Assembly (NCBI GenBank): GCA_000002445.1
Contig: CH464491.1
Location: 1,312,001-1,376,000 of the forward strand
Length of the DNA: 64,000 bases
Origin: Trypanosoma brucei
Taxonomy: Eukaryota
Direction: 5' to 3'
Below, piece after piece: positions 60,878 to 64,000 of this stretch. Below the pieces are notes generated by a model, which saw only the letters and a list, made by a program, of their open reading frames with translations, made no database searches and had not been told where the DNA came from. How positions within the stretch are numbered: the first letter of the stretch is position 1; each line of letters opens with the position of its first letter. A program made the position numbers and the translations under genes.

Positions 60878-61702
60878 ATGTCGGGTGAGAGTGTCTTCAA
60901 CCTGATCGAGCCAGATGTGGAGTCGGTGCAACCGCAACCGCTGCGGAAAGTAAAACTCGGAAAGGGAACTGCTGCCCCTCCGACGGCATCCACATTCGGT
61001 TTCCATGGGACAAGCGCAGTGGTGGCAAACGTAGGCGGCGAGAATACGGAGCCGTCTGTGCACCCAGCAAAGAAACCAACGGGTACATTCGGTCGCGAGG
61101 CCTCCAGCAGCGTCAACCCTAGTAAATTTCTCAAGAAAAACGAAGGTGTCGGTACTGCCAGCCGCGGAGTACCAATCGTGGACGCTACCAAGTTTGTCAA
61201 AGCCGAAAAAGATGCCTCGAAACGGAAAGATGACGTTCCCAATAGGTATGATAAGCCGGTTATGGGTGTAAAGACTGAAAAAAACTACGTTGTGGCGAAT
61301 GCCGTAGAGAACGTTCTTGCCCTTCCTACAAAGTGTATTCCAACTCCAATGAATCGTGCGGTTGATCGAGCTGACTTCGGTAAGGTGCCCAAGTACCTGA
61401 AGGAAGTGAAGGCCGACATCGAGGAACGACACGCTTTAGTAGAGAGGCTGAAGGCTGCCAAACGTGAGGCCGAGGAGAGGTGGTCGGAGTTGTCTGGGGA
61501 GGAACTCGAGCAACTAAAACAGGGATTACAGCGGCGCTGGGATTCTCTCAACAAAGATTATCAGTCCCGTGGTTTCAGTAAGCTGCAAACTCCCTCTCAG
61601 AAGGCCCAGCACGAGGCTGTGGGGAAGGAGCTGAATGCGGTAGAGTTTGCCATGCAGAAATTGAGTCGTGCACATGTATTTGTTTACGATGATCGAAATT
61701 AG
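60878..61702 (+). CDS. Hypothetical basic/coiled-coil protein (274 aa)
   Basis: Track start is GTG at 60875; ATG at 60878. Lys-rich N-terminal region. The C-terminal part is coiled-coil-like (ERHALVERLKAAKREAEERWSELSGEELEQLKQG). Confidence 0.45.
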   Translation: MSGESVFNLIEPDVESVQPQPLRKVKLGKGTAAPPTASTFGFHGTSAVVANVGGENTEPSVHPAKKPTGTFGREASSSVNPSKFLKKNEGVGTASRGVPIVDATKFVKAEKDASKRKDDVPNRYDKPVMGVKTEKNYVVANAVENVLALPTKCIPTPMNRAVDRADFGKVPKYLKEVKADIEERHALVERLKAAKREAEERWSELSGEELEQLKQGLQRRWDSLNKDYQSRGFSKLQTPSQKAQHEAVGKELNAVEFAMQKLSRAHVFVYDDRN

Positions 61703-62247
61703 AGATTAATTTTTTTTCTTTGACTACTCTCCTTTTCTCACCACAACTTACCGCATGTTTGTTTGTTTTGCACTTTTTGCATGTGTGGAGGTGCTGAGGG
61801 AGAAGAGGGCGCACGGCCGTCGGAGATAGAGGGCGAATAATTATGCGAAAGTGGAGGGTTGGTTGGCTTCTCATGTGCTCGTGGCTAAGAACCGGTTTGC
61901 AGGAGCAGTTTAGTTTCGTGCTAGCGAGTCTACATACCCCCAGTCTATTCCAGATTCCTCTTTCTTTTTCTTTTAGCGCCATCTCCGTCATCCGGCTACG
62001 TAGATGTGTCAAGCAGTTTATGATATGTATAATTGTGTGCACCTCATCATTCTTGAAAGCAATTAAACGATGCATATGCGTATGCCCGCTGGCACCTGTG
62101 TTGACTCACTAATGATTGATCACGCCATAAGCTCAGTGTACTATTCTTCTTTATTTCTCTTATTATTTCCTTGTGTTTTGGTTTAAATCGATCTGGATGA
62201 TTATGAAGGAAATTTGACGGCTTCCCCCCCAACCCGACAGACCATCA

Positions 62248-63501
62248 ATGAACTTTCCGGATAGTAGGGTACTTAGTGATGAGTTCCCCCGCCGGAAATA
62301 CAAACCATCATCTGCGACCCGGTTGGAAGATATAGTTCTGAAGGGGCTTCACTATGGGCAACGTAAGTTGCTCTTGTCTGAGATTGAATTTCTTTCGGCA
62401 TATTTGGAAGGCAGGCAGGCTGGGGCGAAGCCCACGCTAGTGGTTTATGCGGGTGCGGCGAACGGCTCACATCTTCCCTTCCTCTTTCAGCTTTTTGAAG
62501 CGGTAAAGTTTGTTCTTATCGATCCTGCCCCATTCTGTGATGCTGTGCGGGAAATTTCACTGAATAAGCAAGGACCCATTTTGGATCTAGTGCAAGGATT
62601 CTGCACCGATGAGTTGTGCAAGCAGCTCTCTAGCTCCTACGGTTCAACCTATGATATTCTTCTTGTTAGCGATATTCGTTCGGGGGTACCAGAGAAGCAG
62701 TCGAATCGGGAGAATACGCTGATGATCATGCGTGATAACGATATGCAGCGAAGTTGGTGCTGGACGCTAAAGGCAGAGGCGGCTCTGCTGAAGTTTCACC
62801 CACCTTATCCACCTTGCCGTGATAGAAACTCACGGCACTACGATGAGGCGGATGACACGCCTGAAAGCATAGAGTATTTGGATGGAGTTCGCCTGTTTGG
62901 AGTGTGGGCACCCAAATCGTCTTCCGAGTTGCGGTTGTGCGTGCAAGGGCCGTTCCTCCAGGGGACTAGTTTCCCGATGCGCCGATATGACTGCACTACG
63001 CATGAGGAACAGTGTTATTTTTATAATACAGACAACCGGTACACGCGTGACTGTGCTGCTGAGAGTGGGATATTGGAACGATACCTTCAATTGTTTCCCT
63101 CCGCGCCCTATAGCGACCCCACGGCCCTATCAATGACGATTAGTAATTTTCTCGGGTTTCCTCTTTTTCTCCCACTCGACTCGTCGTTTAGCGAGAGTGA
63201 CGCTCGCTGGGTAACTTTGTTATACTCCACGCGGATCCCTACCTGCTTGGAATTGTTCACCACCCTGCGCGGAAGGGTGACGCATACCGTCATGAAGCAA
63301 CTTGCTGAGGAATGGCAGAGCGCAACCACCGTTCCGAAGGGGGTCAGTATTGATTCCGTTGAGCTAACTTCTGAGTTCTGGAAGGCAGTTTGCGCTGGTG
63401 ACCTTACTGAGGCGTACAGCTTTCCTAACATTCGCTGGCGTTTCGCCAATCTACTTATCTCGAGAAGAAGGAAGAGGTCAGCCTCTGATCGTGCACCGTG
63501 A
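62248..63501 (+). CDS. MTR2: Vaccinia VP39-like mRNA cap 2'-O-ribose methyltransferase (kinetoplastid cap-4 MTr2/MTr3 family)
   Basis: ATG start, 417 aa. TLVVYAGAANGSHLPFLFQLF...FVLIDPAPF parallels VP39 VVYIGSAPGTHIRYLRDHF...WMLIDGR (SAM-binding). DILLVSDIRS parallels VP39 ILISDVRSK (part of the K-D-K-E set). Symbol from recollection that T. brucei MTr2 is encoded in the same chromosome-11 neighbourhood as PGFS. Confidence 0.75.
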   Translation: MNFPDSRVLSDEFPRRKYKPSSATRLEDIVLKGLHYGQRKLLLSEIEFLSAYLEGRQAGAKPTLVVYAGAANGSHLPFLFQLFEAVKFVLIDPAPFCDAVREISLNKQGPILDLVQGFCTDELCKQLSSSYGSTYDILLVSDIRSGVPEKQSNRENTLMIMRDNDMQRSWCWTLKAEAALLKFHPPYPPCRDRNSRHYDEADDTPESIEYLDGVRLFGVWAPKSSSELRLCVQGPFLQGTSFPMRRYDCTTHEEQCYFYNTDNRYTRDCAAESGILERYLQLFPSAPYSDPTALSMTISNFLGFPLFLPLDSSFSESDARWVTLLYSTRIPTCLELFTTLRGRVTHTVMKQLAEEWQSATTVPKGVSIDSVELTSEFWKAVCAGDLTEAYSFPNIRWRFANLLISRRRKRSASDRAP

Positions 63502-64000
63502 TTTGATGGAGGAGGTAACGAATAAGTGTGGGGTTTTTGCTTGGAGGAGGTCCTACCCCTCCGCACCACACCAGCTGGAAGTTGGCTTGTCTGTGGTATT
63601 TTTGTGAGGCGTTTTCCTTCTGCTCTCTTTCTGTGGGGTGTTTTTTCGTTGTGTGCTGCCCTACTTTTTCTCCCTTATTTTTGTTCTTTTCCATCATCAG
63701 GGTGCCCAGCTCAGCTCTGAGAGGCATGACATGTGGTGAAGAGAAGTAAAAAATGGCTCACAAATACCTGTGGAGGTTAGTATCGGCTGGAAAAGCCGAA
63801 GAGAATCTGCAACAACTACTATAGTGTGCACTCAGTAGGGGCATAATGGCGAAAAATCGTATCATGCGCCAAGCATGAGTAGTTCGAACGCTGCGCCATT
63901 GGTGACAGCTGCGGCGAAGGAAAGGAAAGTTGTAATTCCTGTTGCTGCGTGTGGTAGGGGCTAGTGAAACGGCTTAGGTTTCTGTTTACTTGTTTGTTTT

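Noticed and set aside
1-63999. Prokaryote-style features (CRISPR arrays, operon terminators, sigma promoters) and tRNA/rRNA genes
   Set aside because: The sequence is clearly kinetoplastid nuclear DNA. No direct-repeat/spacer arrays were found beyond the coding 81-bp repeat. I scanned non-coding spacers for the conserved tRNA T-loop GGTTCGAATCC-type box and found none, and there is no 5S or SL RNA-like sequence.

Overview
This window is trypanosomatid nuclear DNA. Gene content and layout point to Trypanosoma brucei chromosome 11 near the PGFS/POLIB/MTr2 locus, although I cannot exclude T. cruzi from sequence alone. All confident protein-coding genes sit on the + strand, separated by AT-rich spacers with polypyrimidine tracts, so this is one polycistronic transcription unit with no strand-switch region. 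Recognisable genes, in order: a calpain-like cysteine peptidase (5' end cut by the window), a very large hypothetical protein, a kinesin-13 motor fused to TRAF-type zinc fingers, SURF1, a family-A (Pol I-like) mitochondrial DNA polymerase with an inserted DEDD exonuclease (POLIB-type), the aldo-keto reductase prostaglandin F synthase, several hypothetical proteins, a secreted acidic tandem-repeat protein, an Ala/Glu-rich GPI-type surface protein, a PDK/BCKDK-like mitochondrial kinase, an ANTH-domain clathrin assembly protein, ribosomal protein L17 (uL22), a J-domain protein, a RING (possibly RBR) E3 ligase and a VP39-like cap 2'-O-methyltransferase (MTr2-like). The conserved gene order is interrupted at about 27.5-41.3 kb by an AT-rich accessory island. 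The island holds the repeat-protein gene, a pair of ~330-bp direct repeats bracketing the surface-protein gene, a minus-strand RHS pseudogene that still shows a P-loop, and a near-full-length ingi/L1Tc-clade non-LTR retrotransposon. That element encodes an N-terminal 2A self-cleaving peptide, an AP endonuclease, a reverse transcriptase, RNase H and a C2H2 finger, but carries one in-frame stop and one frameshift. No rRNA, tRNA, CRISPR or prokaryotic features are present. ORF starts in the supplied track are often non-ATG, so I give first-ATG starts where they differ.
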